Below are positions 21,132 through 30,398 of a stretch of DNA of 64,000 bases, one piece after another; the stretch's first letter is position 1; every line of letters starts with the position of its first letter. Origin of the DNA: an uncultured Chloroflexia bacterium. Its GTDB lineage: Bacteria; Chloroflexota; Anaerolineae; Anaerolineales; E44-bin32. The translations under genes and the position numbers were made by a program. The stretch lies in contig CAWDZQ010000003.1 of NCBI GenBank assembly GCA_963807065.1, forward strand, positions 1,056,427-1,120,426. Direction: 5' to 3'. The notes below the pieces were generated by a model. The model did no database searches. It saw nothing but the letters and a program-made list of their open reading frames with translations, and was not told the origin of the DNA.

Positions 21132-21734
21132 GTGTCCGATCACAACCAGAAGAGGGATGACCGCGAGATCCCCGAGCCCGAGGAAGAGTTTCCCGTCGAA
21201 TCCGAAGCCTCTCAGGCGGAAGACTCACATGCCACCCCCGCAGAAGGGGCCTCCGATCCGATGGAAGCGCAAGACGAGACACCCGAGGCTCAGATCGATC
21301 GCCTCTCAAAGCTAAACGAGGAATATCTCGATGGTTGGCAGCGCGCCCGAGCGGATTTTGCCAACTATAAGAAGCGCATCGAGCGCGAGCAGCGTGAAGC
21401 CTATCGCCGAGCCGCCGGGGACATTCTCACCCGTTACCTGGGCATCGTGGACGACCTGGAGCGCGCCCTGAAGGATCGCCCCACCGAGGGCGATCCCGCC
21501 AATTGGGCCGATGGTGTTGAGCTCATCTCCCGCAAGTTCCACTCGGTGCTTGAAGCCGAAGGGGTGGAGACCATCCAAGCCTTGGGGCAACCTTTCGACC
21601 CCAATCTGCACGAAGCGATCTCCCACGAAGAAAGCGATGAGCAACCGGCAGGCTACGTGATCGACGTTGTTCAGCAAGGTTATCGGATGGGGGAGCACGT
21701 CCTCAGACCCGCCCTGGTCCGAGTGGCAAAATAG
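21132..21734 (+). CDS. grpE: nucleotide exchange factor GrpE
   Basis: 200-aa ORF (GTG start): acidic N-terminus, WQRARADFANYKKRIERE, and C-terminal GYRMGEHVLRPALVRV. Confidence 0.93.
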   Translation: MSDHNQKRDDREIPEPEEEFPVESEASQAEDSHATPAEGASDPMEAQDETPEAQIDRLSKLNEEYLDGWQRARADFANYKKRIEREQREAYRRAAGDILTRYLGIVDDLERALKDRPTEGDPANWADGVELISRKFHSVLEAEGVETIQALGQPFDPNLHEAISHEESDEQPAGYVIDVVQQGYRMGEHVLRPALVRVAK

Positions 21735-21746
21735 GAGCACTGACTC

Positions 21747-23637
21747 ATGAGTCGGATTATCGGCATCGATCTGGGTACTACCAATTCCGCCGTCGCCATC
21801 ATGGAAGGCGGGGAACCCGTTATCATCGCTTCGTCCGAAGGGGGCAGACTGATCCCATCGGTCGTGGCCATCAACCCGAAGAACAATGAACGCATGGTCG
21901 GCCAGGTCGCTCGCCGCCAGGCCATCGTCAACCCCGAGAACACGATTTTCTCCATCAAGCGCTTCATGGGCCGCAAGTACTCAGATGCGCAGGTGGCTGC
22001 CGGGATGAAGAAGGTCCCCTACGAAGTCAGTGAGGCCCCCAATGGCGACGTGCGCGTGCACATGGGAGGCAAGGAATTCGCGCCACCAGAGATCTCGGCC
22101 ATGATCCTGGCCAAGATCAAGGCCGACGCCGAGGCCTACACAGGCGAACCGGTCAACCGGGCCGTCATCACTGTGCCGGCCTATTTCAACGACTCACAGC
22201 GCAATGCCACCAAAGATGCCGGGAAGATCGCCGGTCTGGAGGTTCTGCGCATCATCAACGAGCCGACGGCGTCGGCGTTGGCCTATGGACTTGACCGCAA
22301 AAAGGATGAGACCATCGCGGTCTATGACCTTGGCGGCGGCACGTTTGACATTTCGGTGCTGGATGTGGGCGACGGCGTCTTCGAAGTGCGGGCCACCAAC
22401 GGGGACACGTTCCTTGGCGGCGAGGATTTCGATCAGCGCGTGATGGACTGGGTTGCCGATGAATTCCAGTCGAACCACGGGATTGACCTTCGGCAGGACC
22501 GCCAGGCCCTGCAGCGCCTGAAGGAAGCCGCCGAAAAAGCCAAGATCGAACTCTCGAGCGTGCTCGAAACGGAAATCAACCTGCCGTTTATCACCGCTGA
22601 CGCCAGTGGTCCCAAGCATCTCAACTTGCGGATGTCTCGGGCGAAGCTGGAACAGCTCACTCAGGATTTGATTGACCGCACCATGGAACCCTGCCAGCAG
22701 GCATTGACTGATGCCGGCCTCAGCTACGAGGACATCGACGAGATCGTCTTGGTGGGCGGCATGACACGCATGCCTGCCGTGCAGGAATCCGTCAAGGCAT
22801 TCTTCCACAAAGAACCCCACAAAGGGGTGAACCCGGATGAGGTCGTGGCGATTGGAGCCGCCATCCAGGCAGGCGTGCTAGGCGGAGAAGTCAAGGACGT
22901 CCTGCTGCTCGACGTGACGCCCCTGACGCTTTCGATTGAGACCTTGGGCGGGGTGGCGACGGCGCTAATCGAACGCAACACGACCATTCCAACCCGCAAG
23001 GCGCAGGTCTTCTCCACCGCCTCCGACAACCAGCGGCAGGTGGAAATTCACGTGGTTCAGGGCGAGCGGCCCATGGCGGCCGACAACAAGTCGCTCGGAA
23101 AATTCACATTGGAAGGAATCCCCTCCGGCACCACGCGGCGTGCCCCAAATCGAAGTGACCTTCGATATCGACGCCGACGGCATCCTGAAAGTTAGCGCCA
23201 CCGACAAGGCCACCTCCCGGAGTCAGCAGATCACCATCCATGCCTCATCGGGCTTGAACGACGACGAAATCGAGCGCATGCGGCGCGAGGCCGAACAGAA
23301 TGCCGAACAAGACATTCGCCGGCGGGAATTCGTCGAGGCGCGCAACGCCGCCGACAACGCCGTCTACTCGGCCGATAAGCGGCTCGGGGAGCTGGGCGAC
23401 AGCGCGCCACAAGATCTGAAGAGCGACACCCAGGCCAAGGTGGTGGCGGCCAAGAATGCCATCCAGACCGAGGATGTGGCCAAGATCAAGGACGCCACCC
23501 GAGCCCTGCTGGAGGCCGTCAAAGCCCTGCCCATCGAGGGCAGCCAGGCTGATGCCGCAGGCTCCGCCGCGCCCGGAGAAACGGGTGACCCATCTGAAGG
23601 CAAAGACGTCGTCGACGGGGAATTCAAGCAGGTCTGA
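21747..23637 (+). CDS. dnaK: chaperone DnaK, reading frame broken by a 1-nt insertion in this sequence
   Basis: ORFs 21747..23195 and 23140..23637 together make a full-length Hsp70 ([14 protein letters not shown]...; ...[19 protein letters not shown]...). Removing one C from the run at 23120-23123 restores [19 protein letters not shown]. Confidence 0.92.
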
Positions 23638-23682
23638 CCAAAACGAAGACCCCTCCGGTGTTGATAATCGAAGGTTTATTTC

Positions 23683-24813
23683 GTGTCTGCGAACCCTATG
23701 AGTGATAAACGGGACTACTACGACATTCTGGGTCTTGAGAGGTCGGCCAGCGCCGACGACATTCGGCGCGCCTATAGGCGTCTGGCCAAGCAGTATCACC
23801 CCGACGTCAACAAAGAACACGATGCCGAAGAGAACTTCAAGGAGATCAACGAGGCCTACGCCGTACTTTCGGATGCGGAGCGCCGGTCAGCCTATGACCG
23901 CTACGGCCACGCCGGCCTCAAAGGGATGCCTTTTGATTTTGGGGCAGGGATCAACGACATCTTTGAGGAGTTCTTCGGGTTCGGGATGGGCCGCCGGAAC
24001 AGTCCACGCGCCCCGCGCCGCGGCACAGACCTGCGCTACGATGTCTCTCTCGAATTCGAAGAAGCCGTGTTTGGAGTCGAAAAAGAGATCGCGTTTGAAC
24101 GCCTCGAGCGGTGCTCGGCCTGCAGCGGATCGGGGGCTGAACCCGGCACGACCCCCGTACGATGCTCGAATTGCAACGGAACCGGTGAAGTCCGCCAGGT
24201 TCGTCAGACATTCTTGGGTTCGATGGTCAACGTCGCCACGTGCCCAACTTGCGGAGGCCGGGGTGAGACGGTCGGATCACCCTGCCGCGTCTGCGGCGGT
24301 CGTGGCCTTCAGAAGAACAGCGTCGAACGAACCATTCCGGTGCCCGCCGGTGTGGATCACGGCACCCAGATCAGGATTGGGGGCGAAGGTGAGCCAGGCG
24401 CCAACAGGGGCCCGAACGGCGACTTGTACGTCGTCGTCCACGTTCAACCCCACAAGTACTTCCGCCGGCGAGGCAACGACATCTTGCTCGATCTCGGAAT
24501 CAACGTCTCCCAGGCCGCTTTGGGCAGCCAGATCGACGTTCCTACCGTGGACGGCGACGAGCCGCTGGTTATTCCCCCCGGGACACAGTCCGGCAAAGTG
24601 TTGCGGCTGAAGGGCAAGGGGGTGCCAAGATTGCAGGGACGCGACCGAGGCGACCAGCTGGTTATCGTCAGCGTCGAAGTGCCACACAACCTCACTGACG
24701 AGCAGCGTCAGCTGTTTGAGCAGTTGGCCGAATCCTTGGGCACAGAAATACACCTCCAGGAGCGCGGTTTCCTCGAGCGGGTCAAGGATCTGCTTGGAGG
24801 TTTGGTGGATTGA
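23683..24813 (+). CDS. dnaJ: co-chaperone DnaJ
   Basis: J-domain DYYDILGLERSASADDIRRAYRRLAKQYHPDVN, G/F region, and four CxxCxGxG zinc motifs (CSACSGSG, CSNCNGTG, CPTCGGRG, CRVCGGRG). The start is GTG 23683 or ATG 23698. Confidence 0.95.
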   Translation: MSANPMSDKRDYYDILGLERSASADDIRRAYRRLAKQYHPDVNKEHDAEENFKEINEAYAVLSDAERRSAYDRYGHAGLKGMPFDFGAGINDIFEEFFGFGMGRRNSPRAPRRGTDLRYDVSLEFEEAVFGVEKEIAFERLERCSACSGSGAEPGTTPVRCSNCNGTGEVRQVRQTFLGSMVNVATCPTCGGRGETVGSPCRVCGGRGLQKNSVERTIPVPAGVDHGTQIRIGGEGEPGANRGPNGDLYVVVHVQPHKYFRRRGNDILLDLGINVSQAALGSQIDVPTVDGDEPLVIPPGTQSGKVLRLKGKGVPRLQGRDRGDQLVIVSVEVPHNLTDEQRQLFEQLAESLGTEIHLQERGFLERVKDLLGGLVD

Positions 24814-25715
24814 AATGGCTCGAGATTCGGCTGACGGTTGAAGAGGAGCTGGCCGAACCCGTCGCCGAGGTGTTGTCGCGCCATGCGCCGGGCGGTGTCG
24901 CCCTGTCCCCCGTCCAGCCTGTGGAAGCACCCGGGCGCCATCTCATCATCATTCACGCATACCTGCAGGCCGATGAGCGCATCGACGACGCCCGCCGCGA
25001 AGTCGAACGTGACCTGTGGTTCCTCGGCCGCATTCGGCACCTGCCGGAACCCGAATTCAGCTGGGTCGAAGACAGAGATTGGGAAGAGGCGTGGAAAGCC
25101 CACTTCAAACCCCTGCTTGTGGGCAGCCGGCTGCGTATTCAGCCGGCCTGGCTGCCGAGTCCCTCCGACGGCCGGCTGCCGGTGTTCATCGATCCGGGGA
25201 TGGCCTTTGGCACGGGCTCCCATCCCTCCACGCAGCTCTGCCTGGAGTACCTGGAAGAAAATGTGCAGCCGGGCGACCTTATGGCCGACCTGGGAAGTGG
25301 GTCCGGCATCCTGAGCATCGCTGCCATCAGGCTGGGCGCTGGCCGGTGTCTGGCATTTGACACCGACGCCTCGACCGTTTCGGTGTGCGAGGACAACGCG
25401 CAGCGCAATGGCGTTGCGGGCCAGCTCGAGGCCAGCGTGGGTTCATTGCCCGAACTCAAAGCCGAGTTGCGCGGAAAGGCCCTGCCGAGGCTGCTGGTCG
25501 CCAACATCTTCTTAAGTGTCCTGATGGGCATGCTGGGCGACGGTCTGGATCAGGTGCTGGCGCAAGATGGCCGCCTGATCCTCTCAGGCATACTACAACC
25601 ACAGATGGATGAACTGCTGGAGCAGGCCGCCCACTTCGGACTCCGGACCGTCGACGTCCGAACCCGCGAAGACTGGGTCGCCTTCCTCATGGACATAGAA
25701 AACCCGCCCCGGTGA
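24810..25715 (+). CDS. prmA: ribosomal protein L11 methyltransferase
   Basis: 301-aa ORF (TTG start overlapping the dnaJ stop): IDPGMAFGTGSHPSTQLCLEYLE and the SAM-binding DLGSGSGILSIAA. Confidence 0.9.
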   Translation: MKWLEIRLTVEEELAEPVAEVLSRHAPGGVALSPVQPVEAPGRHLIIIHAYLQADERIDDARREVERDLWFLGRIRHLPEPEFSWVEDRDWEEAWKAHFKPLLVGSRLRIQPAWLPSPSDGRLPVFIDPGMAFGTGSHPSTQLCLEYLEENVQPGDLMADLGSGSGILSIAAIRLGAGRCLAFDTDASTVSVCEDNAQRNGVAGQLEASVGSLPELKAELRGKALPRLLVANIFLSVLMGMLGDGLDQVLAQDGRLILSGILQPQMDELLEQAAHFGLRTVDVRTREDWVAFLMDIENPPR

Positions 25716-25727
25716 AATGGGGCGGGC
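25697..25727 (-). terminator. intrinsic terminator of infA, embedded in the 3' end of convergent prmA
   Basis: CCCGCCCC-ggtgaaat-GGGGCGGG is an 8-bp GC stem. On the minus strand it is followed by TTTTC. Confidence 0.5.
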
Positions 25728-25759
25728 AAGGTTAGTTCCTAGCGATGATTCCGGGGCGG

Positions 25760-26011
25760 CTAGCTCTCAACCGTGGCTGAAGGGCCTCGCTTCTTGAAGC
25801 GATAGGTGATTCTGCCTCGCGACAGATCGTAGGGCGACAACTCCACCCGGACCCGATCCCCGAGGAGGATGCGAATGTAGTAACGCCGCATCTTTCCGGA
25901 GAGGTAGGCAAGGACCGGATGACCGTTGTCGAGCTCGACCCGGAACTGGGTTGCGGGCAGCGCTTCGATCACTGTGCCCTCGACCTCGATTTTATCTTCT
26001 TGCTTCGCCAT
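25760..26011 (-). CDS. infA: translation initiation factor IF-1 (with short C-terminal extension)
   Basis: 83 aa: [73 protein letters not shown]. Confidence 0.93.
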   Translation of the reverse strand: MAKQEDKIEVEGTVIEALPATQFRVELDNGHPVLAYLSGKMRRYYIRILLGDRVRVELSPYDLSRGRITYRFKKRGPSATVES

Positions 26012-26059
26012 TCAAACCTCCGGGATCGCTGCTCGCCTATGTGCGAGTGATGGGTAGGA

Positions 26060-26272
26060 CTAGCGATCCCCGCGCTTTTCTTCTATCTTGCGTTGGCGGC
26101 GGCGCAGGCGGCGTATGGCCTTCTTGCGCTGGATGCGGCGTAGTTCGCTCTTAGACACAAACCATCGCTTGCGCCGAACCGTGCTGAGAATGCCGCTCTT
26201 GGCAACCTTCTTCCTGAATCTCTTCAGGAGTTGTTCTTGACTTTCGTTGGGCCGGAGGACAACTTTCGCCAT
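26060..26272 (-). CDS. rpsU: 30S ribosomal protein S21
   Basis: 70 aa: MAKVVLRPNESQEQLLKRFRKKVAKSGILSTVRRKRWFVSKSELRRIQRKKA...; AGGAGGTGA Shine-Dalgarno upstream. Confidence 0.93.
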   Translation of the reverse strand: MAKVVLRPNESQEQLLKRFRKKVAKSGILSTVRRKRWFVSKSELRRIQRKKAIRRLRRRQRKIEEKRGDR

Positions 26273-26372
26273 GCTTCGATGTCACCTCCTTCCTGCTATG
26301 CTGGATTTGAGATCCACACTGCGCCGGCTGCAGGAACCAAGCGCCCAACATCCGCGCTGTGCGTGCTGGCAC

Positions 26373-26408
26373 AAAAAAGACCGGCCAGCAGGATTTTGAG
26401 CCGACCGG
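26373..26408 (-). terminator. intrinsic terminator about 100 nt upstream of the rpsU start
   Basis: Minus strand: CCGGUCGGC-ucaaaauccu-GCUGGCCGG, a 9-bp stem including G-U pairs and therefore strand-specific. It is followed by UCUUUUUU. Confidence 0.6.
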
Positions 26409-26510
26409 ACTCTCAGAAGCATTCCGCTTTTGGACGAAGTAAAAGTCTACCCTGCCTTGGCCTACTCCCCTACTCGTCTCACCTGCGGTCGAATTACATC
26501 CTGCGAACGC
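26373..26510 (-). ncRNA. candidate small RNA or attenuating 5' leader of rpsU-infA (unclassified)
   Basis: Bounded by a perfect consensus promoter (26517-26545) and the terminator above. I found no ORF of useful length. Hand-folded helices include GACGAGUA/UACUUCGUC and GCGUUC/GAAUGC. I did not recognise the RNA family. Confidence 0.35.
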
Positions 26511-26516
26511 CCGGTC

Positions 26517-26545
26517 ATTATACCTGTGGCCCAAAAGGTTGTCAA
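26517..26545 (-). promoter_or_regulatory. consensus sigma-70 promoter (TTGACA-17-TATAAT)
   Basis: The minus strand reads TTGACA accttttgggccacagg TATAAT. Both hexamers are perfect and the spacer is 17 nt. Confidence 0.65.
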
Positions 26546-26812
26546 ACCTGCTGAGCCGTGGACCGCATCGCTCAAGCCCCAGCGGATGGCTCGATTCAAA
26601 CCTGAGTATTAGCTTGCACTGCCTGAGCGCCCAGGCCAGGCGAGCTTTGGGGGACAAATTCATCCCCGTGAGCTATATCGGTCCCTTGGCAGATTGCGTA
26701 TACTTGTCATGTTAGTTACCACGGGGCGACCCTCCACCCGATCACTCACCCCATCGCTCCAGGCCCAACCGCGTGCTCATCCACAGTTGAGTGACACGCG
26801 CGTTGTGCTGTT

Positions 26813-29800
26813 TTGGCAGGCCACCGACCAGAAAGATTGGAGCCCAGTTTGTCAAGCTCAACAAAGCAGACTCGAGGGTTGATCAGCAGTTTCTCAACGA
26901 TCACCCTCTTCGCTTGCCTGGCCCTGTTAGCCGCTCTCTTGCCTGGCTGGCATGCCTCGGCCGACAACGCGGGATATGCGCTCTCCTTCGATGGCCTGGA
27001 TGACCGGGTTGTCCTCGATTCGACATCCGACTTGTTTGGCGGGTCAAATTGGACATCTGAGAAAACGGTCACACTTTGGGTACATCCAGAAGGAAGCTCA
27101 TCTCCGGCCACCTCCCCCGAGAGTGGTCAGATCCTGGTGGGCAATGACAGACCACACACCTTCGGCGTCTCTCGGGCAACCTTCAACGGCGCTGACCGTT
27201 TATGGATTTGGAACGCCGACGACAACGGGCTGGATGTCATTGGTGTTGACTTTCAAGTTGGAGAATGGATCCAGCTGGCCCTGGTCCATCACTCAGGGAT
27301 GCTGTCGGCCTATAAGAACGGCGAACTGGTTGGCCAGATAGCCAGCAATGCGACCTATCTTCCCAGCGCCTCTGCTTCAGGCACGCTCTATATCGGGGGA
27401 AATTCGAAGGGCAACACCTCCGCTGCGTTTCGAGGCGAGATCGATGAGGTTCGTTTTTGGAACACGGCTTTAAGCCAAACTGAGATCCAGAATTGGATGA
27501 ATCGCGAACTGGATTCGGGTCATCCCTCCTATGGCGACCTGGCAGCCTACTATCAGATGTCGAACGGCTCCGGAACACTGCTTGGCGACGATAGCGGTCA
27601 GGGCAACGACGGAAGTCTGCTGGGCGGAATGGGCGATCAGAGTTGGGTGGCCTCGGGTGCGTTCCTGACCACAGGCAACACGCCTACTCCCACTCCGATA
27701 CTTCCCAGCCAGACACCGTCAGGGACACCTGTACCGCCGTCGCCAACCCCAGAATCGCCGACGCCCACACCAACTGAAGTTCCTCCGAGCCCAACAGCAA
27801 CTTTCACCATAGAGCCACCATCGGCCACAAGCACTTCGGCCACGGCGACAGGTTCAGCTACCAATTCTCCACCAACATTCACCTTCACGCCATCAGCGAC
27901 GGCTTCTCCCACGCCGACCGATGCCCCACCTACCTTGACCCCCAGTTCGGTGCCCTCGGCAACCGCCTCCCCAACGCCGTCCAGTACGCCCACCTCTTCC
28001 ACCACACCGGTGTCATCCGGGGCAGGCTACGCTCTCGACTTTGACGGTAACAACGACTTTGTCGAGCTCCCGACAACCCACTCGATTTTTGGCGATGGGT
28101 GGGAAGACACTATGACCGTCAGCCTGTGGGTGAAACCCGACAGCTTCGCCGGCGCTTGTGAGCACAATCATCCGGCATGGTGTAACAATGTCCTCGGTGA
28201 TCGTCCTAGATGGTGGGGCATATCCATTGGCGAAGTCGTCGGGCTGGATCGTATCTGGGTGTGGAACTATGACGGATCGGCAACGTCACCGATTGACATG
28301 ATCCCCATCGACTACACTCCCGGGGAGTGGGTCCATGTCGCCTTGGTGCATTCCGGCGGGATGCTTCGCGCTTACCGCAACGGCGTCCAAGTGGGCGCCC
28401 TACCGAGCGGGACAACACTCCAACCCAACACAGGTGCCCTGCCCCAAGTCAACATGGGGGGCATCATCAACAGCAGCACCAGGAACTGGACCTTCGATGG
28501 CCAGATAGATGAGGTTCGGCTGTGGTCGACCGCCCGATCCGCCGAAGAGATACAGGCCGATCTCTTTCATCCCATCAACAAGTCCTCACCCAACCTTGCG
28601 GCCTATTACATGATGTCGGACGGCAGCGGGAGCATCCTGACAGATGACACCGGCCATGGAAATGTGGGTGTCTTGTATGACGGGGCGCGTGGCGTTGCTC
28701 CGGATGGGAGCCCCCCTCAATGGGTGAACTCTACCGCGCCCCTTGACAATATCGCCCCGACTGAATCTCCCACCGAAACGCCTACCGGGACTCCGACATC
28801 TGGTCCATCGCCCACGGCATCTCAGACGTCCGCTCCTACGTCCACACCGACTGCCACAGCTGTACCCCCATCACCCACACCGACAGAAATAGCGGCAAGC
28901 GCCACCCCTTCGGCTTCCCCGACCATAACCCAGACCCCGACCTGGACCTACACGCCGTCACCATCTCCGACCGCCGGCCCCGGTTTGATGGAAATCGCGG
29001 TTCAAAACACTTCGGGCAGCGCATATGATCTCGCCTTGGCGGGCAACTACGCCTATGTAGCGGCCACCACAGGTGGCCTGCGGGTCATCGACGTTTCTGA
29101 TCCATGGAATCCCATCGAAGTCGGGTCATTCCCCACGGCCACTCGGGCATACGGTGTCGACGTCGACAATGGTATCGCCTATCTCTCCGCCTCTTCCAGT
29201 GGCGTCTACGTGATTGATGTTTCCGACCCGTCGTCGCCCACCCTCTTGACCACTTTTCAGTCGGGTGGCTTTGCGTGGGATGTGACGGTCTATGGCGGCT
29301 ACCTCTTTGTTGCAGACAGGTCTGATGGCCTGCATATCATCGATATTTCGAACCCTGCCACACCCCAACAGGTCGGGTTCATCCCCAGTCCCGATCAAAC
29401 CCTCGACGTGGCTTTCTATGGAACGACGATGTATGTCGACCAGTCCCTGGCGGGCATTCAGATCGTTGACATATCTGACCCAACAAATGCCCAAATCGTA
29501 GGCAGCGTGGCGACGAACCAGACCTACGGAGTGGCCGTCCGTGACGGTCAGCTTTTCGTGGCTGACGGCGGGTTCGGGCTGCGTGTCTTTGACATAAACG
29601 ACCCCCTGGCTCCGACGGAAGTAGGCAGTTTCATCACAGGGGGTTCGACAAGGAGCACGTGGAACGAAGGTCCCGTCACTTTTATCGCCGACTGGAGCAC
29701 GGGGATCTTCGCCGTCGACTCCGCCAATCCTGGCGCGATCACGCTGCTGGACAACCTCGACCCACCAGGCCGCGCACGGGATGTCTTGGTTCGGGATGGG

Positions 29801-29854
29801 ATCGTGTTTCTGGCAGATTACGACGGAGGGCTCCGCCTTTTCACCGGACCCTAG
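26813..29854 (+). CDS. large secreted protein: two LamG-like (Laminin_G_3 / concanavalin-type) domains, Pro/Thr-rich linkers, and a C-terminal LVIVD-repeat beta-propeller
   Basis: 1013-aa ORF (TTG start). An alternative TTG at 26849 has a GGAG Shine-Dalgarno and gives (M)SSSTKQTRGLISSFSTITLFACLALLAALLPGWHASA, a signal peptide. There are two repeats of ...GYAL.FDG.DD.V......FG.......T...WV.P...IDEVR.W... At least five LVIVD-type repeats follow (GLRVIDVSDPWNPIEVG, GVYVIDVSDPSSPTLL, GLHIIDISNPATPQQVG, GIQIVDISDPTNAQIVG, GLRVFDINDPLAPTEVG). Confidence 0.85.
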   Translation: MAGHRPERLEPSLSSSTKQTRGLISSFSTITLFACLALLAALLPGWHASADNAGYALSFDGLDDRVVLDSTSDLFGGSNWTSEKTVTLWVHPEGSSSPATSPESGQILVGNDRPHTFGVSRATFNGADRLWIWNADDNGLDVIGVDFQVGEWIQLALVHHSGMLSAYKNGELVGQIASNATYLPSASASGTLYIGGNSKGNTSAAFRGEIDEVRFWNTALSQTEIQNWMNRELDSGHPSYGDLAAYYQMSNGSGTLLGDDSGQGNDGSLLGGMGDQSWVASGAFLTTGNTPTPTPILPSQTPSGTPVPPSPTPESPTPTPTEVPPSPTATFTIEPPSATSTSATATGSATNSPPTFTFTPSATASPTPTDAPPTLTPSSVPSATASPTPSSTPTSSTTPVSSGAGYALDFDGNNDFVELPTTHSIFGDGWEDTMTVSLWVKPDSFAGACEHNHPAWCNNVLGDRPRWWGISIGEVVGLDRIWVWNYDGSATSPIDMIPIDYTPGEWVHVALVHSGGMLRAYRNGVQVGALPSGTTLQPNTGALPQVNMGGIINSSTRNWTFDGQIDEVRLWSTARSAEEIQADLFHPINKSSPNLAAYYMMSDGSGSILTDDTGHGNVGVLYDGARGVAPDGSPPQWVNSTAPLDNIAPTESPTETPTGTPTSGPSPTASQTSAPTSTPTATAVPPSPTPTEIAASATPSASPTITQTPTWTYTPSPSPTAGPGLMEIAVQNTSGSAYDLALAGNYAYVAATTGGLRVIDVSDPWNPIEVGSFPTATRAYGVDVDNGIAYLSASSSGVYVIDVSDPSSPTLLTTFQSGGFAWDVTVYGGYLFVADRSDGLHIIDISNPATPQQVGFIPSPDQTLDVAFYGTTMYVDQSLAGIQIVDISDPTNAQIVGSVATNQTYGVAVRDGQLFVADGGFGLRVFDINDPLAPTEVGSFITGGSTRSTWNEGPVTFIADWSTGIFAVDSANPGAITLLDNLDPPGRARDVLVRDGIVFLADYDGGLRLFTGP
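27677..28020 (+). other. low-complexity Pro/Thr/Ser-rich linker coding region (linker 1)
   Basis: Encodes NTPTPTPILPSQTPSGTPVPPSPTPESPTPTPTEVPPSPTATF...SATASPTPSSTPTSSTTPVSS. Confidence 0.8.
28756..28980 (+). other. low-complexity Pro/Thr/Ser-rich linker coding region (linker 2)
   Basis: Encodes PTESPTETPTGTPTSGPSPTASQTSAPTSTPTATAVPPSPTPTEIAASATPSASPTITQTPTWTYTPSPSPTA. Confidence 0.8.
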
Positions 29855-30398
29855 GTGAGGTATGGAATGGCCACCCAAAGCCTTGAACTGGAGGTTGGGC
29901 TGGCCACCGGTGCCGGGCAATACAGCCGCCAGGACCATCCAGGGTTCGGTTGAGCCCAGGCACCCTACCCGCTTTAGGCAGCGATTGGGTGAAACTAACT
30001 CAGCTCATCGAGGTGTGACCCGACCCACCGGGTCTCGTCGGACCGTCTCGTTGCAGGAACCGTCTGGCCAGACAGCCCCTTCGTCCACAAGAACCTTACT
30101 TCATAGTCAGATCACCGCTTGGTCCCACAGTCCCAAAGACTCGTTTGCCTCAACCAACCATCTGGTGTCAAGTCCGGGATGAACCTGCGCAACTGCGACG
30201 GGCCCGTCATCCGCACTGACTCTCAATTAAGGCGGGGTTGAGGCACTCTTAAGTCTTGGGAGACGGCAGCCCCTATCGATATCGAAGCCTTGGCCCGGGT
30301 CCCCACAGAGAGCTCTCGGATCCGATGCCGTCAGCTACAGCCTGATTGCTGAGGAGGCGGCGTTCCTCGGATAGTGGGTAAGAAGTTCGCGTCCGAAC

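Noticed and set aside
26373-26510. Whether the rpsU-upstream RNA is the SRP (4.5S) RNA or a yybP-ykoY manganese riboswitch. It contains GGAGUAGGCCAAGGCAG (compare E. coli 4.5S GGAAGCAGCCAAGGCAG) and GGGGAGUAG (the yybP-ykoY L1 motif).
   Set aside because: I found no GNRA-capped helix 8 with the symmetric loop, and the opposite-strand SRP motif (AGGUCNGGAA) is absent. The element is too short and lacks the four-helix layout and the second conserved loop of yybP-ykoY. The downstream genes also do not fit a metal riboswitch.
27677-28980. Repetitive-looking DNA inside the LamG/LVIVD gene, considered as a tandem repeat or CRISPR-like array.
   Set aside because: It is codon-level low complexity encoding Pro/Thr/Ser linkers. 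There are no regularly spaced identical repeats or spacers. I saw no CRISPR array anywhere in the window.
29855-30398. A 544-bp gene-free, slightly lower-GC stretch after the LVIVD gene, checked for a tRNA, tmRNA, RNase P, mobile-element end or decayed gene (the 106-aa ORF 29862-30182).
   Set aside because: There are only short hairpins (for example GACCCG-6 nt-CGGGTC). I found no tRNA-like T-arm, no inverted terminal repeats and no recognisable protein similarity in any frame. Given the indel errors elsewhere, a decayed or mis-called gene cannot be excluded.
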